Below, in pieces: positions 27,035 through 36,432 of a stretch of DNA of 64,000 nucleotides. The translations under genes and the position numbers were made by a program. The notes under the pieces were generated by a model. The model was not told where the DNA came from, did no database searches, and saw nothing but the letters and a program-made list of their open reading frames with translations. The stretch's first letter is position 1. Every line of letters starts with the position of its first letter. The DNA is from Planctomycetota bacterium (GTDB taxonomy: Bacteria; Planctomycetota; UBA1135), in NCBI GenBank assembly GCA_030748415.1, contig JASMMA010000006.1:94978-158977 (forward strand), given 5' to 3'.

Positions 27035-28498
27035 TTAGCGCTTGTTTTCGCTCAGCGATGGGTCGCTGTCCCCGTACCCGAGTTCAGCAAGCTGGGCGGT
27101 CATTGCCGCGCTTTCGTCCATGTTAGCGGGGCGGGGGCCCCCTTGGATGGCCTTCGTGAATGCAGCCATGGCGGGGGGCGCGATTGAGCTGTCAAATTCG
27201 GAGGCGAGAAATTGGGGGTCGAACTCTTTTGGGTCCTTGGCAAGATCATAAACCATGAGCTGCATGGGTTTGGGCTTGTAGGAAAAGAGGATTTTGTCGG
27301 TTCCTGATCGCCAAGAATGCAGGAACTTTTTTCGCCCAGGGTGCATGAGGTCGGCAATCACTGGGAAATCTAGATTGGGGTTTTCCCATTGAGGGCGAAG
27401 GGATATGCCGTCGCGGTCTGTCCAAGGTGGAAGATTGGCAAGATCAAGCAGGGTGGGAGCGAGGTCGTAGTTCGGGGCAGTCCCAGGAATTACCAATCCT
27501 GCAGGCACAAGACCTGGCGCCCGAAGAATCATGGGTACATGCAGGACTTCCTTGTATAGCGATTTGTGGTGGCCCTTTTGTCCATGTTCCCAGAATTCAT
27601 CACCGTGGTCAGAAGTTAGAGCGAAGACAATGTTGCTGGCAAGCCCAAGCTCCTCCAACTTATTCCAAAAGCGGGCGAGGTGATCATCGGTATAACGGAT
27701 TTCTGCGTCATAAAGAGATAAGATGTGTTGAAGCTCACTTTCGCTCAGTTCGCGTTCAGATTTGTAGAAGCCCTTTCCATTAAGTTCTCCCTTGTAGCCA
27801 GGGTGAAACATGTCTGCATATTTTTGGGGAGGTTCGTAGTCGTAATGAGGGTCCCAAAGGTGTAAGAACATAAAGAACGGCTTTTCGGCATTGTTTCCAC
27901 TTTCAAGCCACTCGATGGCACGATTCACAACTTGTTCAGCAGTTTCTTTGTCTGTGTCGGCGCTGTTATGGACATCTTGCATCAGACCACCATCGAGTGA
28001 TGTTATGGCTTTTGTGGTTTTATCAGAATTAAGATATTTCGCCGCTCCCACATAGGTGTCAAACCCTTGGTAATATCCCCAACTAGGGTGGAGGAAAGGG
28101 GCGGAGTAAAAACCCGCAGTTTGATAACCAGCCTCCTGAAACTTACCCGCAATGTTGCCCGTATTGTCTGCTAAACGGAATCCGCGAGTGCGGACTTTGT
28201 GTTGCAGAACGCTCATGCCAGTCAGGATTGAAATGTGAGCTGGAAGAGTCCAGGGGGCAGCTGAACTTGCATTTTCCCAAAGTGCACCCTCAGCAGCGAG
28301 TTTCGCCATAAAGGGAGTCGTTGGTTCATCCGTGAACTTGGGGGTGTATCCGTATGGGGTTGTGTGGTCTGCGCGGAGAGAATCAATGCTGACCAAAATG
28401 ACACTTGGAGTGTTCGCAGGGAGATTCGGTTTAGAAGAAGTGTCTGCGCCACACGAAACGGTGGCGAGAACCAGTGCTGGGAAAAGGCCGTACTTCAT
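27035..28498 (-). CDS. sulfatase-like (alkaline-phosphatase superfamily) lipoprotein with Thr at the nucleophile position
   Basis: The lipobox is LATVSC. Metal-site blocks are ILVSIDSLRADH and LTSDHGDEFWEHGQKGHHKSLY. The position of the sulfatase C/S-x-P-x-R motif reads T-L-P-A-H (APWTLPAHISILTG). Confidence 0.8.
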   Translation of the reverse strand: MKYGLFPALVLATVSCGADTSSKPNLPANTPSVILVSIDSLRADHTTPYGYTPKFTDEPTTPFMAKLAAEGALWENASSAAPWTLPAHISILTGMSVLQHKVRTRGFRLADNTGNIAGKFQEAGYQTAGFYSAPFLHPSWGYYQGFDTYVGAAKYLNSDKTTKAITSLDGGLMQDVHNSADTDKETAEQVVNRAIEWLESGNNAEKPFFMFLHLWDPHYDYEPPQKYADMFHPGYKGELNGKGFYKSERELSESELQHILSLYDAEIRYTDDHLARFWNKLEELGLASNIVFALTSDHGDEFWEHGQKGHHKSLYKEVLHVPMILRAPGLVPAGLVIPGTAPNYDLAPTLLDLANLPPWTDRDGISLRPQWENPNLDFPVIADLMHPGRKKFLHSWRSGTDKILFSYKPKPMQLMVYDLAKDPKEFDPQFLASEFDSSIAPPAMAAFTKAIQGGPRPANMDESAAMTAQLAELGYGDSDPSLSENKR

Positions 28499-28502
28499 TG
28501 GA

Positions 28503-30182
28503 TTAGAGGTGTTTCTTCACAAAAGTGAGCCAATCTTCTTCGAAGACATCCATGTCGATTTTGCCCCAAGATTCTGCGGTGGCTTTATTCCAAATGTTCA
28601 TCTTTTCACCATCACTGATGGGTGCTTTCTTTTGCTGTTCCCGTAAGCGCATGAGGTCATCAGGGGTGAGGGCAGATTCGCCGCCCGCCTTCTCGATTAC
28701 TTTGTCAATGTCATCACGGATTGCTTTTTTTGCTTTTGCGTATTCAGCAAAAAGGTGTTTGGTGTAGTTGGGGATAATGTCGGCATATTCTTTCTTCCAA
28801 ACCTTTCTTGATACTTTACCCCTCATGCCTTCGCGGAGGAAATAAACCAAGGACCATGATTGGTTGTAAGAGGCAACTCCGTGATAAGAATCGTTGTTTC
28901 CATACCACTGCTCATGGGTCATGCGAATAAGCTTGGAAATGGGGACATAGTTTTCATTCCGCACCATTTCCTTAATTCCCTGATAGCGGTCAAGGCCCCC
29001 GGGCATATGGGCGGTTGGCTTGGGCTTTTTCCCATCCATGTTGTAGGCCCCGTAATAGTCACCTTGTCCCTCATCAAACCATCGATGGGCGTTGGCTTCG
29101 TCGAACAAGAAAAAGCAGTATTGGTGGAAGGCTTCATGAGACATAACCGCAAAGCTTTCCTTTTTGTTGGTTTGAGATGCGTCGTAAAGAACGAGTTCGC
29201 GGGAGTTTGGGTTAAAGAAGCCAGCGGTTCCGGAACCGGTTTTCCCATAGCTTTGGAGCTCTTCCCTATCTTTGCAAAGGCGAACCATTGAGACAAAGTT
29301 AATCTCTTCTTTTGGGGGAAAGTCAACTTCGTATAGGTCTCTAGATTTTTCAAGCCTTTCAATGACGGACTTGATGAACCTATCATTTCCAGAAGAGGTA
29401 ATAATCAAGAAGCGTTTGGAGGGTACTTCAACAATCCTCCAACCAGGAATTTTTTGGGCCTGCTCTTTCTGGTAGGCCAGAAAAGAACTGTAATTATCAT
29501 CGCCTGTAACTTTTTCAATTGCATCAGTCTTAAGTTCCATAAAGGTAAGGGTCCTCATGGATTTTTTGACAGCCTTTAAGTATTTTTTGGCATCACTTTC
29601 TGGAATTAGCCAAACGAATCCGACATCCCATTCCGGCAATGAAATAGTCCAGCAGTCTAAAACCAAATCAACCCCGTTCGGGTCAAATGCGGTATAGGTA
29701 ACATGCTGCCTTACAGCTTTTTTGCTGAGCTTCTCTTCTTTTGGGCCAAAATAAGGATCACTGAGGCCTTTTTTGAAGTCCCGGAGGTTGCCGAAGACTC
29801 TTTCAATAATGACTTCGATGGTCGGTCGCTTTTTTTCCTCAGAAACCCGATTCCGAAGGCTTCCGCCCCCAGTTGAAGCAGCACCTGAAGGTTCCCTCAT
29901 CTGAAATGCGTAAAGGGAGGGCTTCCATTGTCCTATTTGATTACCGGGGAGCTTGACATTGAGAGCTTTTTCGCTGTTCATTTCCAACAGCTTTCCCATT
30001 CGCTCGCGATCTCCCTGCGAGACAGGGATGAAGGCCCAGTCCTTGAGGGGTCGAAACTTGAAGCCAGCCACGGCATCCTCGTGCCAGTCGCGGCCAATTT
30101 TTTGGGCGAAAGCAGGGTTGGAGAGCCCAAGGATGGCCATGAGGATGGCCGCAATTGTGGGGAGAGTGCGGGAACCGAGCAT
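28503..30182 (-). CDS. secreted DUF1570-like gluzincin metalloprotease candidate
   Basis: The signal peptide ends ..NPAFA-Q. HEAFH is followed 17 residues later by a Glu in WFDEGQGDYY (HExxH-x17-E). It is a paralogue of the split gene immediately upstream. Confidence 0.65.
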   Translation of the reverse strand: MLGSRTLPTIAAILMAILGLSNPAFAQKIGRDWHEDAVAGFKFRPLKDWAFIPVSQGDRERMGKLLEMNSEKALNVKLPGNQIGQWKPSLYAFQMREPSGAASTGGGSLRNRVSEEKKRPTIEVIIERVFGNLRDFKKGLSDPYFGPKEEKLSKKAVRQHVTYTAFDPNGVDLVLDCWTISLPEWDVGFVWLIPESDAKKYLKAVKKSMRTLTFMELKTDAIEKVTGDDNYSSFLAYQKEQAQKIPGWRIVEVPSKRFLIITSSGNDRFIKSVIERLEKSRDLYEVDFPPKEEINFVSMVRLCKDREELQSYGKTGSGTAGFFNPNSRELVLYDASQTNKKESFAVMSHEAFHQYCFFLFDEANAHRWFDEGQGDYYGAYNMDGKKPKPTAHMPGGLDRYQGIKEMVRNENYVPISKLIRMTHEQWYGNNDSYHGVASYNQSWSLVYFLREGMRGKVSRKVWKKEYADIIPNYTKHLFAEYAKAKKAIRDDIDKVIEKAGGESALTPDDLMRLREQQKKAPISDGEKMNIWNKATAESWGKIDMDVFEEDWLTFVKKHL

Positions 30183-30222
30183 GCCCTAGGTTACGCGTAA
30201 CCGGACAGGATTGGAGGTGATT

Positions 30223-32866
30223 TCAGGGAACCGGCCAGAAGGCGGTATTTGGCCGCACCTCAAAGCCCTTCCAAAGGGAAATGGTTCCATCATCGGAGCT
30301 AAGGGCGAAGGAGCCAGTCCACATACGAGTATCGAATTCCTCGGGAAGGGCGAGGACCTTCATGTCATTGATTTTGATGTCAGCGAGGCCATCCTCGAAA
30401 ACGCGAATATGGAAGCGAATCTCGCCCTCGGGCTTAAATTGAAGGCCTCCCACTTGGTCGTGGACGAAAAAGGCAGTTCCTGAATTCGCATCTGTTCTGA
30501 GTTTCATGGTGTCGAATCGGACAACTTGGTTTTCACCGTGCATGCCAAACAAAAGAGCGCCTTTGGGGACTTTTCGATGGTCCAATCCCAAGAAAAGTTC
30601 ACCCCAGCTACCATCAACAATCACGCTTCCCCGAAGTTCGAAAGGGGGGCGCAAATCCCGCAATGCTGTCATGTCGGTGTACTCAAGACCAGACCGGGCT
30701 CGGCCCTCCGGGTTGTTGATAAGGACGCCATCGGTTTCATATGTCACGATGTCGGTTGAAAGCTCCGGGGTCACATAGCGCCGGTTACCTTCTGTGCCCT
30801 TGTTGTAAGCAGCTTGCCACATCCGGTAGTCATCGGGGCCGCCTTCGTCATCTTTGGATAACTCAAGGTCTAGGAATCCCGAAAGGCCATCAGGTTTCAT
30901 GCCAAATACCTGAGTGCCATGAAGGGCAAACAGAGTTGCCATTTTCGGATAGCCTGATGCTGCGGTTTCTTCGCATAAAGTTTGAAGGGTTGCGATTGCT
31001 TCCTGGGTTGGGGAAATATATTGCTTGATAAATTCTTTTCCGCCATTTTTTTCAAGCCATTCGATGGCTGCATCAGTCTCTTCATTTTTTCCGGCAGGCC
31101 AGACCAATTCCCAATGGCGGATCATCCAGAAGATTGCATCTTCTTTTCTTCCTTCTCCCAAGTTTGCAAGAGCTAACAATCGGTAGGTTTCAGCATCTTC
31201 TGACCGTTTGTCATCGGCTTGTTCCGCGGTAATGCGCGCCCGCTCAAAGTCCTCTATCATGAGGTAGCCACGGCTACGGGCTTGAAGAACATCGGCAAAT
31301 TCCATCCCCATCTCTTCTTGCTCTTGGTACAGGGAAGTTGTGAACTTTCGCCAACGGGCTTCGAAGGCAGCCCAATCCGGAACATCGGGGTCGGCAATTT
31401 CTTCAACGAAATATTTTTTCGCCATTTCCAATGGGTAGTAGCGGTCCCCGTCACAACCATTTTTTGAAAAGTGAGCAAGGTACTTTTGATAAGCATCACG
31501 ATAAACCAGGCGGCCAGCTTTTTTGACAGCTTTGTAGTCGGCAGGAACACGGCCATCAGGAGTGATGGGTGTTCCGTAAACACGCCGGTCGTTCTCTTCG
31601 TAATTTAGAAGAAAGTAAACAAGCGCCCATCCGTAAGAATAGTATTCCCCTTCGTAGGAACCCATACCGGTTGAATCTGGGCCCAAGTTGCGTTCGTGAG
31701 CGATGAGCTCTTCAAGAGAATGACCTGCACCGCCGGTTTCTTGCATGTACCAACTGCGAAGGCGCTGGGCAGCAGGATTGTTTTTCACGATGGTGCCGTC
31801 GGCTTTGATGACGCATCCTTCAAAGTAGGAGGATGTTCCCTCATCTAACCAGACAGGGGTATCGATGCGCCCTTTTGTGAGGAGGGTCATGAATTGGTGG
31901 GATGCTTCGTGGAAGAGGGTTTTCCAAATAGCGTCCTGGGTTTGACCCTCTTCGTCATATGAGCGGTCGTATGCAACAACAGTGCGTAGTCCAGGAGCCC
32001 AATAACCACCAACGCCTCGGCTCTCCATGGCTCGTTTCATGAGCTTCATGGTGAAACGATCAAAGTCAGATCGCTTTTTTCCAACAATAAATTTTAGCTT
32101 TTGCCCTTTTTTTGTAGTCATAAATGGTGCGATAGAACTCGTTCACCTCATCCATTGCCGCCGCTGCAGTTTCAGCAAACTCCCAAGAGATGTTTGTGTA
32201 TAGGTCATAGTGTTTTGTTTTTCGCTCAAAGGGATTTTTCCAATCTTCGTGCTTGGCATTTTGCTTTGCGAGCCATTGGGGTGTTTTCCGGCGAATCGAA
32301 GCAGCTGCAAATGCACCACCTGATAACTGCTCACCTGCTTTTTTGGCGAGCTTTTCATACTCCTTCTCAAGCTTGGCATCGCCCACATTGAGGGCGAGCA
32401 ACTTGTCCATGAGATGACCGGCCAAACGGAAATATTTCTTTGAGGCAGCTTTCTTGGCAGCAGTTGAAAGTTGTGCCTCCCAATCTTCCAAAATGAGGCC
32501 GTCCTGATTCCAATCCTCCCAGAGTTCATTCAATTCTGCGGAAATCGTTTCGGAATCTTTCAATCCGCCGGTGTATTTGCGATTCCACCATTCCCATTTT
32601 CCCCAGCGGAGCTGTTCTTCATCATCGTCCAGAGCGGCGGAGATTTCCCGAAGAAGGGAGTAGCCATCTGGGTCGTAGGGGGAGCTCTGGAGGGTCTTTA
32701 GAGCTGCCTTCCGCGCTTCTTCAGCTTTTCCCCCCTTGAGGAGTTCTCGTGCGGACTCATATGGGTCTTCGGCTGAGCCAAGATAAGGTGCCGGGGCGGT
32801 TGCCAGGGTGCTTGGCGAAAGGATGGGGGCGAAAAGGGCGAGCAGAAGAAGGGCGGAACGCATCAT
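30223..32866 (-). pseudogene. DUF1570-like gluzincin metalloprotease gene interrupted by a +1 frame change at an A7 run (track ORFs 32066-32935 and 30223-32121)
   Basis: The upstream ORF has signal [18 protein letters not shown] (start at 32866) and ends ..KHYDLYTNISWEFAETAAAAMDEVNEFYRTIYDYKK. The downstream ORF continues GQKLKFIVGKKRSDFDRF...GGYWAPGLRTVVAYD...HEASH-x18-E (WLDEG). Together these align colinearly with one uninterrupted block of the paralogue 28503-30182. The two frames overlap by 56 nt around T7 at 32107-32113 (A7 on the coding strand). Confidence 0.55.
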
Positions 32867-32933
32867 GGGTGCTTTAAGTTTAGCGGCAAGATGGGCGGCC
32901 AAAAGGGGGAGTAGGTCGCTAAACTGTTCCGCC

Positions 32934-33983
32934 ATGGCACTCGTCTCCCTTCGTCAACTTTTGGACCACGCCGCTGAAAATGATTACGGCGTCCCTGCTT
33001 TCAATATCAACAACATGGAGCAAATGCTGGCCATCATGGATGCCGCTAAGCGTTGCGATGCTCCAGTTATCATGCAAGCGAGTCGAGGTGCCCGGAAGTA
33101 TGCAAATGACGTGGTTCTGACTCACCTGATTCGTGCAGCCGTGGAGATGTACCCAGAGATTCCGGTATGTATGCACCTTGATCATGGGAATGCTTATGAC
33201 ACTTGCATGTCTGCAGTTGCCGCTGAATTTTCATCCGTCATGATGGATGGTTCCCTTGAGGAGGATGGCAAGACACCGGCCTCCTACGAGTACAACTGCG
33301 ATGTCACGAAAAAAGTAGTCGACTCTGCCCATGAAGTTGGTGTATCCGTTGAGGGTGAGCTTGGTTGCCTTGGCTCCCTGGAGACTGGTGAGGGCGAAAA
33401 GGAGGATGGCCACGGTTTCGAGGGCAAGCTTGACCATGACATGCTTCTGACCGACCCAGAGCAAGCCAAGGATTTTGTTGCCAAAACCGGTGTCGATGCT
33501 CTTGCGATTGCAATTGGTACAAGCCACGGTGCTTACAAGTTCACGAGGAAACCTACGGGCGATATTTTGGCAATGGACCGCCTAGCCGAAATTCATGCGG
33601 CGATTCCTAACACGCACCTAGTGATGCACGGGTCTTCTTCTGTGCCACAGGAGTTGCAGGACATTATCAACGCCCACGGCGGTGCAATGAAGCAGACTTA
33701 TGGTGTCCCTGTTGAAGAAATCGTGAAAGGCATTCAAACTGGTGTGCGGAAGGTGAATATTGATACCGACAACCGTATGGCTATCACGGGTGCTATCCGA
33801 AAAGTGTTCGCTGAGTCTCCAGATGCGTTTGATCCGCGCAAGTACTTAACCCCTGCCATGGGCGCAATGACTGAAGTTTGTATCTCTCGTTACGAGGCAT
33901 TCAATACTGCTGGGCAAGCTTCCAAGATTGAAGCCTTGCCGCTGAGTGCAATGGCTGAGCGCTATTCGATAGTCTCTGCCTAG
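32934..33983 (+). CDS. fba: class II fructose-1,6-bisphosphate aldolase
   Basis: The start is re-set to Met43 (ATG at 32934): [27 protein letters not shown]. Blocks [26 protein letters not shown] and LVMHGSSS are present. The track's extension overlaps the divergent gene's 5' region. Confidence 0.93.
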   Translation: MALVSLRQLLDHAAENDYGVPAFNINNMEQMLAIMDAAKRCDAPVIMQASRGARKYANDVVLTHLIRAAVEMYPEIPVCMHLDHGNAYDTCMSAVAAEFSSVMMDGSLEEDGKTPASYEYNCDVTKKVVDSAHEVGVSVEGELGCLGSLETGEGEKEDGHGFEGKLDHDMLLTDPEQAKDFVAKTGVDALAIAIGTSHGAYKFTRKPTGDILAMDRLAEIHAAIPNTHLVMHGSSSVPQELQDIINAHGGAMKQTYGVPVEEIVKGIQTGVRKVNIDTDNRMAITGAIRKVFAESPDAFDPRKYLTPAMGAMTEVCISRYEAFNTAGQASKIEALPLSAMAERYSIVSA

Positions 33984-33992
33984 TCCTGAAGA

Positions 33993-36383
33993 TTATTCCA
34001 TGCTGGGCCAGGGGATTTCCTTGCCAGTTTCATGAAAGCGTGGCCGTTTTGCATCCATTTCAATAAGCTTCTCGGTTAACACTCGAACAAGCTGTGAACA
34101 GAGATTGGGTTTTGTCGCACTGAGATTGTGATGCTCCCAAGGGTCCTCCGCTAGGTTGAATAGCTCTGCTCGCTCTTCATCCCAACGCCAAACGACTTTG
34201 TAGTCTCCTTTGCGAAGAGCGCTAAAGGGGCCGATGAAGTCCCATTTGGCTCGGAAAGACTTACTTGCCCAGTAGTGTGGCCAATGCCAGAGGAGAGTTC
34301 GATTTGGAAGCGACTCTCCATTCAGCAAAGAAAGCCACGAAAGACCATCAAAATCACCCTTTGGGAGAGCAATATCAGCGGCCTCTAACAATGTTGGAAG
34401 AAAGTCATCCGAGATGACAGGAGTAGAGCAAGCTGTTCCCGGTTTAGCTTTTCCGGGCCAACGCAACAACATGGGAACCCTAGTCCCGCCTTCTCGCATT
34501 GTGCCTTTCCCTCCAGCGAGCGGTTCGCAGGTTGTTGGAGGACCACCATGTGTAACTAGGCCACCATTGTCTGAAAAGAAAACAACTAATGTGTTTTCTG
34601 TTAAGCCAAGGACATCCAATCGATTCAGTATCCGGCTCAAAGATCTGTCCATGCTTTCTAGCATTGTGGCGTAATGTCGTCGAGCTTGAGAGAGTTCGAT
34701 GTCATAGTTGCCTAATAAAGAGAGGTCTCCTTGAATGGGAGTGTGAACCGCATAGTGTGCAAAATGTAAAAAGAAGGGACGGCCTTCAGCATCTGAAGCG
34801 AAGGTGTCTATTACGGCCAAGGCTTTGTCAGTAAGCGCATCATTGAGATACCGATTAGACTTTCGGAAATCATCTAGCCCAGGAACGCGGTGGGAGCTTT
34901 CTTTCTTTCCATAAGGAGGGTAATAAGAGCCCGGATGCCCAATGTGGCTCCCTCCGATGTTAATTTGAAAGCCAAGTTGAGTAGGATCCGCTCCAGGCGT
35001 TCCTAAGTTTCCAAAGTGAGCCTTGCCGATATGTGCCGTGCGGTAACCGTGGTTCTGAAGAATCGAGGGAAGCGTGGAATCTTCAAGGCCAAGTCCGCTC
35101 ATATTCCAGTCAGGGGAAGCCCATTGTTGATAATCCGAACCACGATCCCCTTCACCGGGAATCCAGTGGGTAATTCCAGTGCTTGCAGGGTTCCGGCCAG
35201 AAAGAATGCTCGTGCGCGTGGGGGAGCAAACTGGGCTTGCAGCATAGGCCTGGGTGAACTTGATTCCTTCAGAGGCAAGCCTTTCCATAGCAGGAGTTCG
35301 ATAAAGCCGATTTTGTTCGGTAATAAAATCTGCAAAAGGTACAGAAGTGTCTTGCCAACCCATGTCGTCAACAAGAAAAAACACGATATTGGGCTGCTTA
35401 CTGGATTGTCGGCCAAGAGGAAGGTTGAGTCGCCCTCTATCTCCGGAGAGAACTTGTCCTGATGCAGAATGAAATCCTTCTACTCCAAAGGGGTTCCAAG
35501 TAAGGCCATCGTCGAAAGAAATGTCTGTGCCTGACGTGCCGGTAGCTTTCCAGGCTCCACTGTGCCAGTTCACGCATGACCGATAGCCGGGGAGTCCACC
35601 TTCGACGGTTCTCCAGCTTTTTCCGCCATCTGAAGTTCGAGCAAGAGTGCTTGGACGGTTCGGAGACTCGTAATCACCTCCGACGAGAAGCCCATTCTGG
35701 GAATCGCGCATATGGATAGAGAAGGCTCCGGAGGATGCCTTGACATCTTTAAAAGGAGTCGCAGAAGATGTCCAACTTTTCCCACCATTTTCAGTTCGAT
35801 ATACCCGGCTTTTAGAACCACCAGTGGCAATCCAAGCAAGGGAGTTTCCTTGGACGCAAATCGATGTTCCAGATGCTGCGAAGGCATACTCTCCTTTGGC
35901 AACCTTTGGTCGAGAACTTCTAGGGAGCGGGCTCCATGATTGGCCTCCGTCCTCCGTGCGCCAAAGATCTAGGAGCCCATCAACAGGGTCCCCAACTAAC
36001 AACCCTTCTTGATCATTCCAAAAAGCGATGCCATCCCAGAAACCGTCTTTAGTGGGGCAACGTGCGACGAGCTTCCAGTCGTGACCTCCATTTGTTGTGC
36101 GGTAGATTCGGGAAGTGTCTCCTGGGCCAGCACTCATGACGACAGCAGTGCTTAAACCAAAACCCTGCACATCACGAAAATCCAAATTTCCAGCTCCTAA
36201 CACGGAGCATTCATGCCAAGTGTGTCCTCCGTCAGAACTTTTGCGAACCGTTCCCCCTGTACCCGAAGCCCAGACAATCCCATTCTCTGCGTGCAGACCA
36301 CGATAAGAAGGGGCGAAGTTTTCGGGTGGGCTGCAGGTGCCCAAAAACAGGGCAATGGTTAGAAGGGGCCTTGAGGGAATCAT
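33993..36383 (-). CDS. fusion lipoprotein: N-terminal BNR/Asp-box beta-propeller plus C-terminal formylglycine-type sulfatase
   Basis: The lipobox is FLGTC. Six Asp-box-like motifs are present: SSDGGHTW, TTNGGHDW, TEDGGQSW, TENGGKSW, TSDGGKSW and FDDGLTW. The sulfatase core follows: FFLVDDMGWQD, the CSPTR FGly motif (PVCSPTRTSILSGR), and FSDNGG. Confidence 0.85.
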   Translation of the reverse strand: MIPSRPLLTIALFLGTCSPPENFAPSYRGLHAENGIVWASGTGGTVRKSSDGGHTWHECSVLGAGNLDFRDVQGFGLSTAVVMSAGPGDTSRIYRTTNGGHDWKLVARCPTKDGFWDGIAFWNDQEGLLVGDPVDGLLDLWRTEDGGQSWSPLPRSSRPKVAKGEYAFAASGTSICVQGNSLAWIATGGSKSRVYRTENGGKSWTSSATPFKDVKASSGAFSIHMRDSQNGLLVGGDYESPNRPSTLARTSDGGKSWRTVEGGLPGYRSCVNWHSGAWKATGTSGTDISFDDGLTWNPFGVEGFHSASGQVLSGDRGRLNLPLGRQSSKQPNIVFFLVDDMGWQDTSVPFADFITEQNRLYRTPAMERLASEGIKFTQAYAASPVCSPTRTSILSGRNPASTGITHWIPGEGDRGSDYQQWASPDWNMSGLGLEDSTLPSILQNHGYRTAHIGKAHFGNLGTPGADPTQLGFQINIGGSHIGHPGSYYPPYGKKESSHRVPGLDDFRKSNRYLNDALTDKALAVIDTFASDAEGRPFFLHFAHYAVHTPIQGDLSLLGNYDIELSQARRHYATMLESMDRSLSRILNRLDVLGLTENTLVVFFSDNGGLVTHGGPPTTCEPLAGGKGTMREGGTRVPMLLRWPGKAKPGTACSTPVISDDFLPTLLEAADIALPKGDFDGLSWLSLLNGESLPNRTLLWHWPHYWASKSFRAKWDFIGPFSALRKGDYKVVWRWDEERAELFNLAEDPWEHHNLSATKPNLCSQLVRVLTEKLIEMDAKRPRFHETGKEIPWPSME

Positions 36384-36432
36384 TCCTTGGTAAGCTACTG
36401 TGTCTTGAAGAAATCTGTTTCTTCAAGAGAAC

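Noticed and set aside
26407-27126. 239-aa ORF antisense to ugd
   Set aside because: ugd is unambiguous on the minus strand (GGSCFPKD and other blocks). The antisense translation has no recognisable features and spans the ugd/sulfatase-like gene boundary.
32107-32113. Programmed -1 ribosomal frameshift on the A AAA AAA heptamer of the split metalloprotease gene
   Set aside because: Frame arithmetic shows the downstream frame is +1 (or -2) relative to the upstream frame, not -1. No downstream stimulatory structure was noticed. An indel or slippage explanation is simpler.
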